From Felis catus (taxonomy: Eukaryota), in the NCBI RefSeq assembly GCF_018350175.1, contig NC_058373.1, forward strand, positions 113,338,001 through 113,402,000: a stretch of 64,000 bases of DNA. Reading direction: 5' to 3'. The translations under genes were made by a program, and so were the position numbers. The notes beneath the pieces are model-generated. The model worked only from the letters and a program-made list of their open reading frames with translations. It was not told the origin of the DNA and searched no databases. Below, piece after piece: positions 36,871 through 49,115 of the stretch; position 1 is the stretch's first letter, and each line of letters opens with the position of its first letter.

Positions 36871-37777
36871 GTCAGTGGGTTGAAATGAAAAGAAAATTGA
36901 ATTGCTTGCATGGATTATGCTGGGGCTTTGAGGAACTAGTTCAATACGATTTCTGTGAAGGATGGGCTGATGGTGGTGGTAGAAATGTTTAGTATTCCTT
37001 CATTTGTTCATCAAAATTATTACGGGCTAGGCAGTCTACTAGATGCTAGGGATATAAAGAGGACCAGGATATGGTCCCCGCTCTGAGGGAGGGTGTGTGT
37101 GTGTCATAATCTTGCAAGAAAGGAAAGTGGCATAACTCTAGTGATTGATATACCTATAGCACGAGGACTTCTTGGTTAGAGGTCCCCAGTCCTGCTTCAC
37201 TCTCAGATCCACTGGTCCAGAGGAAAGTAAAATTATGATTACCTCTAGGTAATATTTTCCTAGGTGGTTTAGAAAACATGGGAGTCCATATTAGGTATAG
37301 ACTAGAATCTGTATATCCTTCCCCTCAGTGAGGGACCAAGTTAAAGCAGGACAGTACAAAAGTTATTCATTAGGCAGAATTCCTCTTTTGGCTGTAGGCA
37401 ACATAAGATGGCAACTGGGTTTTGTTTCAAGAACCATTCTGTAAACAATTCAGTAATGTACAAAGGGGTGAAAAAGGGCTAATCAGCAGTGTTCCTGTTA
37501 TTTAGGTAAGTTAATGAGAAACCGTGGCTACCTTAGGAGAATTTTTTTTTTTTATTCCAGGAAATTTGTGTTCTTCAGCTGCCTGCCTTCTGAATCATTT
37601 CTACTTCTATCAGTTCTTTCCCAGTGCATGTGTGTCTTGTGCTGCTTTAAGCATATCTTGTAGGTAGGAGGAGAAAGCAGCCTGCATACATTGAGAAGCA
37701 ATGTCTTGGTCAGACCAAGAATTATCTTGGTCAGACCAAGAATCCTTGATGAGTCTTGTCCATTCCTCTTTTGACAG

Positions 37778-37872
37778 GTACCACAACTCCCAGGATTTTC
37801 TTGGATCAAACCTTGTATCTCTTCCCCAAGTATCGTGTATATTGGTCTGAGAGATGTGGACCCTCCTGAACA
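37778..37872 (+). CDS. ARG2: ARG2 exon 5
   Basis: acceptor ttgacag|; [31 protein letters not shown](H); donor |gtaagt. Confidence 0.97.
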
Positions 37873-38061
37873 GTAAGTTGATACATTGGGGTTAAGCTTT
37901 GGGCCTGTCTCAGATATTTATGTTCCTTTTGATAGGTTGTTCCTTGCCTTAACCTGTTGTAGGTCACTATAGAGACAGACTCACCCCCAATCCCACCCCA
38001 ACAAGGATTTGATTAAAAATGCTCTTTAAACTAAGGACTCCTTCCTTTATATCTCATCCAG

Positions 38062-38166
38062 TTTTATTTTAAAGAATTATGATATCCAGTATTTTTCCAT
38101 GAGAGACATAGATCGACTTGGTATCCAGAAGGTTATGGAACAGACATTTGATCTGCTAATTGGCAA
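38062..38166 (+). CDS. ARG2: ARG2 exon 6
   Basis: acceptor catccag|; FILKNYDIQYFSMRDIDRLGIQKVMEQTFDLLIG(K); donor |gtaagt. Confidence 0.97.
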
Positions 38167-39142
38167 GTAAGTAACTACAGTGGATGTCTACTTCCAAAGG
38201 GAAAAGTCCCAAAGGGAATAGGGCAGACTCCCAATGAACAACACACTTTAGCCCATGTCTTGAGGATAGCAGCTTTTTTTAAAATAAAAGCAAAATATGT
38301 ACACATACAAAAAAATTCAAATAATTTGGAAAGGCAGAATATGAAACATAGGTCATATTCTTCCTCTGGGATTGGGAGGGGGTTTCCTTGAAGTCATTGC
38401 CCAGCTCCTCTGTCTCTCATGAAGTTTTTTTTAAGTCCATTTTTAAGTCTTATCTTTTGAGATGAGAAGTGTTTGTTCAACTGTTCCATTCTTTCCTAAG
38501 CTCACAATTGCTTCATCTGAAAGTTTTATATTGAGCAAATCTTGACAGTATAGCTAGAAAGATGGCAGATGAATGCCAATAGATGCTAATTATAAGGGCA
38601 TTTGCTCAGTGTGGAGTCTTTATTTTCAGGTGACTAATGGCATACTACCAGGTAGCAATTACATTTCTTAAGCTGTTAAGAAATTTAGTTATCTAGCATA
38701 TATGTGTTGTATGCTAGTTTCTACTCTTGGAAACCAGGGCGAAACTGAAATTAGAATTGGGAGATAAGATTATAGACCTCAAATCAATTAAGTTCAGCTG
38801 CTATTATGTGGAGAGACTGAGCAACTGTAACCTAGATCAATCTAGGAAAAGTGAAGAATTCCCTCTATTGACAGTTGTTAATGTGAATGGCTCTAATGCC
38901 TAGGTTAAGTCATAAGTATAAACTGCAGTTAATCTGAGGCACACAAATGGCAAAATTATGACGTGGCGTGTAGAAAGCTAATATGGTAATACACAGTAAC
39001 ATCCAGAATAGGAAACCTGGAAATCTGCTGTATTAGCAAAGTACCAGGACTAACAGCAACAAAATCAAGGAACTAAGACTGTAGGAAGGATCAATGTCCA
39101 AGTACACCCAAATGACTATTCTTTTATCCTCTTCCTCTCAAG

Positions 39143-39279
39143 AAGACAAAGGCCAATCCATCTGAGTTTTGATATTGATGCATTTGACCCTACACTGGCT
39201 CCAGCCACAGGAACCCCTGTTGTAGGAGGACTGACCTATCGAGAAGGCATGTATATTACTGAAGAAATACACAATACAG
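39143..39279 (+). CDS. ARG2: ARG2 exon 7
   Basis: acceptor ctctcaag|; [45 protein letters not shown](G); donor |gtaaga. Confidence 0.95.
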
Positions 39280-41383
39280 GTAAGAAGTGATCATCCTGTT
39301 AACTATGGGAATATGCTGACCTCTAACATGCCAAAAGATTTTCTTCTATTCCATGCCATTACAGATACGATATTTCTTAAACTTATAACTGAAAGTCATT
39401 TGATCAGGCTAATAAGGGATAGTCATTTATAGGCATATTTTGACTTGGATCATAGCAAAATATGCAAAGGTAATACTGAATAACCTGCCAAACTGATATA
39501 GTCCTTTGCATCTGAATTGTCTAAAGGCTAAGATTAAAAAGCAAGGCCAAGTACCTATAATTTTTACCCTGACATTAAAAGTTAGTTCACTTGGAATTAA
39601 GAAGGTAGAGTTAAACCTTCTGGAAGATAGTTTAAAGATGGACAATATCTTGGGTCCTTTCATATAGGATAAGCCTTATACTAGAGCTTGATAGTTTATT
39701 TTTTAAACTTAAAAAAAAAATTTTTTTCTTTTTAACGTTTATTGATTTTTGAGACAGAGAGAGACAGAGCATGAACGGGGGAGGGTCAGAGAGAGGGAGA
39801 CACAGAATCGGAAACAGGCTCCAGGCTCTGAGCTGTCAGCACAGGGCCTGACGTGGAGCTCGAACTCACGGACCGCGAGATCATGACCTGAGCCGAAGTC
39901 AGACGCTTAACCGACTGAGCCACCCAGGCGCCCCTTTTAAACTTTTTTTTAAAGCTTATTTTGAGATCGATCAAGACAGCTCAAGTGAGGGATGGACAGA
40001 GAGAGGAGAGAGAATCCCAAGCAGGCTCTGCACTGCCAGCACAGAGCCAACGCAGGGCTCATGACCTGAGCAGAAACCAAGAGTCAGACGCTTAACCTAC
40101 TATGCCACCCAGGTGCCCCTATTTATGTTTTAAAGTTTAATTATTTGAGAGAGGGAGGGAGGGAGAGGTGGAGAGAGAGAATACCAAGCAGGCTCCACAC
40201 TGTCAGTGCAGAACCTGATGTGGGGCTCAATCTCACAAAGTGTGAGATCACAGCCTGAGCCAAAATCAAGACTTGGAGGCTCAACTGAGCCACCCAGATC
40301 CCCCTATTTCTAATCGCTCAAACCCTCTGGATTACTTCTGGGCTACAAAGTTTCCGGTTTAGTCAGTGGAAATCAGACACACAAATCATCAGAGACCCAG
40401 ATGCTTGCACAGGAACTGGTGGAAATGCTGCAGTAACATGCCTGCTCATTTCAGTTTTGCATTGAACTACACATTGCTAATAAAGGATTGTACACTGAAC
40501 AAATGTAATGGCACCGAGCAGGTCATGTACTACACTGTAGTATCAATAAATCAGTAGGTATATACACCCATGTTTCCAGGCTTCATGGACACCCTAAGTG
40601 GTCTAAGTATACTGATACTTGTATTCTCCAATACTAGTCTGTTCAAATGACTTGAAGAGGTAGATTAACTTCACCCAGAATAACAACAAAAAAGTTTACC
40701 TCAAAGAAGTGGGGCCTGTGTGTTGGGGATGGGGTGTAGAAGGCATGTCTGGGTAGGTTCTTCGGGTTTACTCTTCCCTTCTCAAACCCTTTAGTACAAG
40801 TTCTTCAGCCCTCACAGAAGGTAACAAGTCCAGATTAAAGTATGGCCAAGTCTTCCCTTGACTAAGTGCAAGATACTGGGTCAGTACGATGGGAGACCTA
40901 AACATCTTGTCAGACATGATATCTGCCCTAATAACTATACTTCAGGGCACGCGGTGCCTTAAGAGATAAAACGTCAGAGTTCAAAAGTGGGGAACAGCTC
41001 AAAAGATCTCTTCATACAACTACATACAGACATCTGGAAGGTTCCTAGTAATACTGGACATGGCACATATTTTCCCAACAAGTAGGCTGAAAAATCCTAC
41101 CTCCTCCCCACAGGCTCTTTCCTCATCTCATACAGAAAACCTGACAGCTATGCCTATTCTGTTAGTTGAAGAGGGATGATTGATTTTAATCTTACTCTAG
41201 TATACAGTGTTTGAACTTCATGCCCAAGAAGATGAGGTAGGTATAAGGGGTTCCTTGACCGTAGGTAATTTTAATAGTAGAAAATTACTTTTTACCTTGG
41301 CCTGTTCTATCTAGTAGGACGACCCTCACTGAAAAGAGCAGCTAGGGAATCTTCTAAGGTTTTGTCATGCTTTGTTCTTTCAG

Positions 41384-41589
41384 GATTGCTGTCAGCACTG
41401 GATCTTGTTGAAGTCAACCCTCAGCTGGCTGCTTCAGAGGAAGAGGCCAAGGCTACTGCAGGCCTGGCAGTGGATGTGATTGCTTCCAGTTTTGGTCAGA
41501 CAAGGGAGGGAGGGCACATTGTCTATGACCAACTTCCTACTCCCAGTTCACCAGATGAATCAGAAAGTGAAGAACGTGTGAGAATTTAG
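41384..41589 (+). CDS. ARG2: ARG2 exon 8 (coding part)
   Basis: acceptor tctttcag|; LLSALDLVEVNPQLAASEEEAKATAGLAVDVIASSFGQTREGGHIVYDQLPTPSSPDESESEERVRI*; TAG 41587-41589. Confidence 0.97.
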
Positions 41590-41855
41590 GAACTTTGTGT
41601 GCTGACACGTTTGTCATGATGGGCATTCCAGAATTATGAGGCATTTGAGGGCACATATACTAAATGGTTGTCTGGGTCAATATTGCCTTAATGAGAACAT
41701 TTGCGCATTCTCACAATTGTAAAGTTTCCTTTCCCTCTCCATTTTGGTGACCAATACTACTGTAAATTTGTGGGGGTTTTTTTGTTTGTTTTTGCAGTTC
41801 ACAGGCTATTAATATGTTGGAGTACTATGTAAATTTAAAGGAGTCATAAACAGCA

Positions 41856-41861
41856 TTTATT
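41856..41861 (-). terminator. Likely VTI1B poly(A) signal AATAAA
   Basis: tttatt on the + strand, about 200 nt downstream of the VTI1B stop codon. Confidence 0.7.
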
Positions 41862-42061
41862 ACCTTGGTATATCATACTGGTCTTGTTGCTGTTCCTTCA
41901 CAGTAAAGTGGTTTTCCGTCTTCCCTCCCTTCTCCCAGTCTAGCTACACAGTGCATCCTTGAACCATTACCTTACAGCAGCACTCCACTTATTCCCCATC
42001 CCTAACACCATTCATTCACAGGGTCAAAGTTCTGGTCCGCAAACCCTTCCCTCTAGGAAGT

Positions 42062-42158
42062 TCAATGCTTGTGAAAGAATTTGTAATAAACCAGACCCCC
42101 TAGGATGGCCAGCTCCAGTAAGATGACGATGGAAAGTAGCAGCTTGTTGGTTGTCACT
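42062..42158 (-). CDS. VTI1B: VTI1B exon 6, coding part (C-terminal transmembrane anchor)
   Basis: ctttgtag|VTTNKLLLSIVILLELAILGGLVYYKFFHKH*; TGA at 42064-42062. Confidence 0.96.
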
Positions 42159-43417
42159 CTACAAAGAGAAGCAAAGCAGGGAACAGTCAGAAGCCTGGAT
42201 GTCCTTATTTCTGTCCATTTGTAATACTGAGGAGTTTGACCCTCAGGCTGAGGCTAGATACTGTGAGACAGATTGAAATTTTGTTTGATCACATAGCCAC
42301 TGAAGTTAGTGTATATATAAGGTTCTTTCAAGTGACATCTTGAAAGCTTTTTTCAACTGTAATTTAGGGATAACACTACCTCACGGAAATGTTGAAAATT
42401 GTGACAACAGATACCAAAGCATAAAAACGGTTTCTTGATTCTAAAATGTTTTCAAATAGTAGTTACTTTCCCACTTTAAGAATAGCTTTCCTAGAGGCAT
42501 CTGGCTGGCTCAGTAGGAAAAAGATGTGACTCTTGATCTTGGGGTTTTGAGTTCAAGCCCCATGTTGGGTATAGAGACTACTTAAATAAAACTTTAAAGG
42601 CTTTTCTAGGAGAGCTAGTGCTTATTAAATATGAAAGATGTCTTTTTTTTTTTTTGAGTAGGTTCAATGTCCAATATGGGGCTTGAACTCATGACCCTGA
42701 GATCAAGCATCAGATGCTCTACCAACTGAGCCAGCCAGGCACCCTGAAAAATTATTTCTGAAATCAGGTTGAATATTTCAAAGTAGCAGAAATATAATAC
42801 CACTATCTAACTACTCTCTTCCTCCATCAACCCAAAAGGATACCTTTATAAAAGCAGTAAACTTTTTGAAGCCGTTATATTATCTTTTGTTAACACAAAG
42901 AATTCAATCTCTGGTTCTTCAAGGCAACTCTAACTGAAGCTTTCCTCTGGTTTGACAAGACATTTACCACTGTTAAGGAAAATCTCACTCTACTAGTTCC
43001 CTGGCTAGGTTGTAGTTTTGTTTAGTGCACTAGGGTTGTTTTTTTTTTAAAGTCAACTCCTTGCTAACAGGACAGAACTCCCTGATAAGGGGCTTACTTC
43101 CATGAAGGACAAGCAGAGCCAAAAGCAACTACTAAGCAGTAGCTGTAAAAAGTTTTCTCACCAAGTTTATACAACTATATTTCAAGGAACATGAAGCTCT
43201 ATTACTCCCATGTGCTCTGAAGAATGTAAACTGGGATTAAAAGTGGACAAATTTTTGACTGCTCCAAGTCAAAGCAGCATATAATTTTAACAAAGAATTT
43301 TGTCCTGGCATATTTATACAAGATAATACTTTATTCTTTCTGCTTTATCAGGACCTTTGCAAGTCACTGTTTAATGTCTTAGAGGTAGGAGAAATTTTGT
43401 GACTTTTTAAAACTTAC

Positions 43418-43479
43418 TTTCTGGACATTGAACGGAGAATCTTTCGACTTTTGCTCAAATTTTCACTTGTGTTTACCAG
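43418..43479 (-). CDS. VTI1B: VTI1B exon 5
   Basis: ttctcag|LVNTSENLSKSRKILRSMSR(K)|gtaagt. Confidence 0.96.
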
Positions 43480-45028
43480 CTGAGAAGAGAAAATAGCAAT
43501 TATTTCCCCCCTTTAAAAGTAGATACCGTAGAACCTGAACATTCCTAAACTGACAGTGGGCATTAAAGGGTATGTGCTGAAAAACCCCATCAAACCAATC
43601 TGAATGATGGCCTCTGAGTACAAGTAGAAGAAACTGGCAAGGATAAGATACCTTAGTACTCAACAAGCAGGCTTAGGAATTATTATGTCCCAAGGTTACT
43701 GTGGGGGACTCCTGGGGCCAAGCTAATCCTTCACCTTGGCTACTCAAGACAGAAAAAAGCTTCAAGTGTACCTCACCAGTAACTGTGAAGCAACTTAAGA
43801 TTTGAATTTCATCAACCAAACTCCAGGAGGGCCTCTTGAGTTAGTATTTGTTTTTGTAGGCTGGTCAATTACCACTTTTGGGATCTGATTCATTTTTTCT
43901 TTACCACTTTTACAGATGCACTGAATTGTGAAAGGAATTAATCTTTTAAAAGCCTTTAAAAAAATCATTTCCCTTTGGTTGCCTGTTGATAATCACGATA
44001 GCTGGGGGATATTTTAACAGATGCCACCTACCATCTGTTCCCATTCCCCAGTGGCCATGGTAAGTTGATCTCAGCTCATTCCACAGCTTTTAAATTCAAC
44101 CAATCCACCTGCTTTTTTCAAAAGTCAAAAACCATACAATATGTAAGCAAGTTGTCTTCTCCACAGTTTACCTTAAAATCAGTAGTTGTGAATTTTCACT
44201 GAGGATGGAAAGGCACTATTCTGATTTACTTCAAAAATGGGGATAATTGCAGCTATTAGGATATGAGAAAATCCTCTCCAATCCCCACACTGAGCTAATA
44301 CTTTCCATCCAAGCCTTGCCCACAGTATCTATTCTTCAATTTGGATGTGCCTTTTAACATTAAGGATATAACATTCTACTGGCAAGCTGCACTATTTTTT
44401 AAATTTCTGTGCAGGTATATGGAAAGGGAGAAATGAGTTTTTCAGAACCTCTTAAGAGTGAGAGAGACTCCATTGATCTAGGCATTTGGCCTAAGTTGTT
44501 TCTGTTTTCTTCCCACAATGATCCAGCTTACCTTGGGTAACAGGAAAGAGTCATAGTCTAGGACTGACCCCCTCTATAAATTGTTAGTGGTACTATTTTA
44601 TGACATGTGGAAAACAGCCTTGGCTCTAAATGAGAAAAAAAAAACTCAAAACCCTAGGATCTTTTAAGTAGACGCTTTCATAAGAATGGGATAATATCCT
44701 ACTAGATGTATGAGAAAAATCTCAGGTTGGTAATACAGGAATTAATAAAAGGATGGAGTGGCTACAGTCTTAGATTTAGTTGACAATCTTCCATAAATAC
44801 AGAAATTGTGTTTCTTCTGTCTCCGCCCTGGCCCCTCCAATGACCTCTACATCTGAGGGGTAAAAAACTTTCAAGAGAACTCTCTCAACCAAGAAAATTA
44901 AAAATTGAGAAAAGCTGAAGTGCTTAAAAGGTCCTGACCCTGAATTCAGAACTGCTGTAACTTCCGGCAGTGGTAAGGCATCAGGATATAAAGGGCCCAC
45001 CTACTTTGCCCCATCCACTCAGACTTAC

Positions 45029-45202
45029 CCTATTCTTAGTACGCTCCAATTGATCACGTTGCTCACCCAGCTCTTCTATGATTTCTGAGCCAATCTGGTC
45101 AGTCTCTGTGGCAATCCGATGAGAACGCTCAATACTCTGGGTAGCCCGGTTCAGGCTGTCAGTGCCTTGCAGAAGCAATGCCCTTTGAGACTGTAGCCGA
45201 TT
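45029..45202 (-). CDS. VTI1B: VTI1B exon 4 (SNARE motif)
   Basis: ggtcag|NRLQSQRALLLQGTDSLNRATQSIERSHRIATETDQIGSEIIEELGEQRDQLERTKNR|gtaagt. Confidence 0.97.
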
Positions 45203-47968
45203 CTGACCAGAAAATGGAACGGAAATATTAAACATCTCCCATCATAAATTCATTGCCAGCACATTCCTTATGACCCTTCTGATGTAAGAAGGGATGTAGT
45301 GTGTGCAATGTTTACTTGTTTTGAGAGACAGTGGGTGGGGGAGGGGCAGAGAGAGAGTTGGGGAGAGAATCTCAAGCAAACTCCATGCTGTCACTGCAGA
45401 GCCCAAAGTGGGGCTGGCTTGATCCCAGGAACGATGAGATCATGACTTGAGCCGAAATCAAGAGTTGGACACTAGGGGTTCCTGGGTGGCTCAGTCAGTT
45501 AAGTGTCCAACTTCGGCTCAGGTCCTGATCTCACGGTTCGTGGGTTCAAGCCCCGTGTGAAGCTCTGTGCTGACAGCTCAAAGCTTGGAGCCTGCTTCCG
45601 ATTCTGTCTCTCCCTCTCTGCCCTTCCCCGCCTGCAGTCTGCCTCTCTCTCAAAAAAGAAACATTAAAAAATATCTTTTTAAATAAAGTCACTCAACTGA
45701 CTTGAGCGACCGGGGTGCCCCTCATTACTTTTAAGACAAAGATGCTAATCAACTATAAGATTATATTCAAGGTCAGATGAAAGCACCTGGAATCCAATAC
45801 AAGATGACATACCTTTCACTCCACTGGTTTTATACTTGTGATGCAAGAAAAGGAGGTTAAAAACAGAGCATTTTCCCTGTGTTTGTGATGAGGTTGCAAT
45901 GATTTCATGTACTTTCTGGACTAACAATTTATGAGAGGCAGTGGCCCAGATGTGGGGTGCAGGAGCTATCTGAATATGCGTATAGCCTGTAACTTTTGAC
46001 AGGACAACAAACCAACTAAATTCCATAGCCTTAGAAATAGATTAATTCACTGAAGATTCCCACCTGACTGGTACTGAGGACTGATGCACCATGAATAAGC
46101 TATTCATTTTTAGTACATTCGGACTTCAAAATGATTTGTGACACTACTACATTTTGGAAAACATTTAACTGGTTACAATCCTGGTAAGCCCCAAAAGAAT
46201 TTCACCTCAGCCATACAAAACATAAACTCTTAAGTTGCCACACTGGTGACTACTCTCAGAGAAGGAGGTATCTGGGGCCAAGTAAGCTGCCCTAATTTCC
46301 CTAGTGCCCTAATTTCCTAAATCTCTGCCAAAGTTTTACTCCACCTATAATCCCAAGCACCGAAGGCATGATGACAGAAGTAGCCATTGTCAGCCAGAAT
46401 TAACCACCGACAAATAGGAACAGTTAAGTTCTTAGCTATTAAAGCACTTATACATGTACCACTCAGAAAGGGGCCGGTTCACAGGGCCTATTACTGATGC
46501 CACCATCAGGCAGCCAAAATACTGGGTTTCTAGATGAGAAGTTTTCATATGTGGCACACAGGCTACTGGATGATGGAACCACTGAATGTCACTGAAATAA
46601 ATCCCAGTTAATTGAGCTCAAAAGAAGTAGGAATAAGGAATAAGGCTTTTTTTTTTTTTTTTTTTTTTAAATGAAAGATGGATATTTTTAACTGATTAGA
46701 TTGAAGAGAAGGAAAAGACAGTAAGATCACATAAATCAACTCGAGGTCTGGAACAGTAATTCCAATGAAGGTGGTATGTATGTTTAAATTGTTTTTATGA
46801 CTCTGAAACTAGTAATTTTAAAGCAAATTATTGTTTGGCTTTATCTTCCCCCCCCCTTTTTTTTGTTGGTTTATTTTTGGCAACAAATGACCAAAGTCAC
46901 TTTATATCTCTCATTTCACTTTAACAAGCTTCACCTATCTGCCTTTTCCCAGTCTCCCTTTACAAGTGAATTTTGAAACGTTTATATCATTTTCAAATAC
47001 TCCAGTTTGACACCAGTAAATGTCAGGCCAGTATCATCTGAACTCTTCAACTACAGTCAGGACGCATCATCAAACAGGATTCTTTCTACACACATATAGT
47101 CTGCACTTACAGGCCCCGCCATTTCTTTCCCATGCTCCTGGCCAGGCCACCTGCCAGGCCATTTCTACTCTGCACAGTGGAATATAATTCCATATGCAAC
47201 ACATTACATTTAGTCTTTGTAAACTTTTACTCCTTTAACTTCTCTAGATAGTTTCAGAATATAGATTTTCAACTCTGTCAGTCTAATTAGAGAGGCAGTC
47301 TGGCTTACTTTCTATTACATCTGAGTAAGCTGTGAGCCCCTTCCTGAAAGCGTGGGCTATCCTGATAAAAACCTAACTGAATTTTTTGAGCATATCTGAA
47401 AAAACTGGATTTATGGGTCAGAATACAAAGTCCAGATACAATAAGAAAAGGGAACTCTTATTCCTCCACTATATATCAAGCACTGTTTTATTAAAGATAC
47501 AAAGAAATCTAAGCATGGTTGGGAAAGATCTGCATTAAATAACAGGACAGGTGAGGGGCGCCTGGGTGGCTCAGTTGGTTAAGCATCCGACTTCAGCTCA
47601 GGTCATGATCTCACAGTCTGTGAGTTCAAGCCCTGCGTCGGGCCCTGTGCTGACAGCTCAGAGCCTGGAGCCTGCTTCGGATTCTGTGTCTCCCTCTCTC
47701 TCTGCCCCTCCCTGCTCATGCTCTGTCTCTCTCACTATCAAAAATGAATAAATGTTAAAAAAAAAAAAAATTTAACAACAACAAAAAAATACAGGAGAGG
47801 TGGTTACCCCAAGGCAGGAGGGGAACTGGATGCAGGAAAGAGGATAAGGTGGGAAGAATAAGAGTTCAATAAACACTGATAACATAAACTGTACTCTACG
47901 ACATGGTTAATTTTTGTGCCACAGGCCCTTGAGATAAAAACAAAAAAACAAAAACAGCTAAGGCTTAC

Positions 47969-48160
47969 CATATGCTCATTCTCTACAGTGTATGTGCCAT
48001 ATTTCATGTCTCCTCGGCCCCCAGGTGTGGCTGTCAAAGGTGTGCTTCTCACTTCCCGATGGAGTTTAGCAAGGTCCTTCCGGTAGGTTCGAAGCTTAGA
48101 CATCATAGGGTTACGGAAAGACAGAGGTGCATAACGTAGTTCCTCTTCCATCTCTGCCAG
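47969..48160 (-). CDS. VTI1B: VTI1B exon 3
   Basis: ttcctag|LAEMEEELRYAPLSFRNPMMSKLRTYRKDLAKLHREVRSTPLTATPGGRGDMKYGTYTVENEHM|gtaagc. Confidence 0.97.
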
Positions 48161-49059
48161 CTAGGAAGGCAGAAAGTGAGTAGATAGCCTGGTTCTTTTC
48201 TCTCTCATCTGGGCACATGCCTAGTATGGACTAATCAAACCACAGACAACTGCAAATAAGTATTCAACCATATGTTCCATGAGGGCAGGGACCACATGTG
48301 ATCTATTCACCTCATTATTCTGAGTGCCTGGCACAGTGCCTAGCATGCATAGAACAGGCATTCAAGAAATATGTGATGAATGAGTGAAAAAAACTAACAA
48401 GCACCTTATATCTGACTAAACATTTTTATATGTATTATCTCATTTAATCTTCCCTGTCCTCAATAAGGTAGTAAATACTACTTCTATTTCATATGTAAGA
48501 ATTGAGGAAATGTACTCAAGATAACACAATAAGGGAAGTCAGGATTCAAAATCTTCAAATTGCCTTTCCAGTATACCAAATTCTTAAGCTGTTATAGTTC
48601 AAGTACTCTCATGAAACACTTTGAAGTCTACTGTACTAAAAATTATAGGGATCTGGCATGAGGTTTCTTCCTTCCTCTTCTTTTGGAAAATCAATTGTTT
48701 GTCTCCATGTCCTATATAACCAGGGGTCCACATGAGATCTCCATTTTATTGGGTAAGTAAAATATAACACTCAGACATGTTCACAAGAGCCATAAATTAT
48801 TTTCATCTGCCTGGGATGGCCAAAGTTGGATTGGTTAATTTTGCTAAGTTCAGAGAAAAGTATCTAAGCACCAAACAAATAAATTGGTATTAGCTGAAAG
48901 ATGTTTAACATTCTACAAAGATATTAACCAAAAAAAGAAGACTGATTCTATAACTGGTATCCTGCAGATGCCCAGATTTACACAGGTATTAAGTAGAGTT
49001 TCTAGTATGTCCATTGTGAGGGAGATAGTTTCCACAGTTTCCACAATCTGGTGGCCTGA

Positions 49060-49115
49060 CTTTATCCATTCATCCATCGGTGGACATTTGGGCTCTTTCC
49101 ATACTTTGGCTATTG
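49060..49115 (-). mobile_element. Isolated 56-bp internal L1 fragment
   Basis: ctttatccattcatccatcggtggacatttgggctctttccatactttggctattg matches the reverse strand of the L1 ORF2 end. Confidence 0.75.

Larger units (their letters stand above)
10530..41589 (+). other. ARG2: ARG2 gene, start to stop codon (8 coding exons, 354 aa mitochondrial arginase 2)
   Basis: Exons 111+73+178+160+95+105+137+206 = 1065 nt splice in frame with GT-AG junctions. The protein MSLRSSLSRLL...ESEERVRI contains the arginase motifs GGDHS, DAHAD, NLHGQP and FDIDAFDP. Confidence 0.98.
41590..42445 (+). other. ARG2: ARG2 3'UTR (end approximate); candidate poly(A) signals AATAAA 42085-42090 and CATAAA 42420-42425
   Basis: Repeat-free sequence after the stop codon that resembles the recalled human ARG2 3'UTR; both hexamers read directly. 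Confidence 0.65.
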
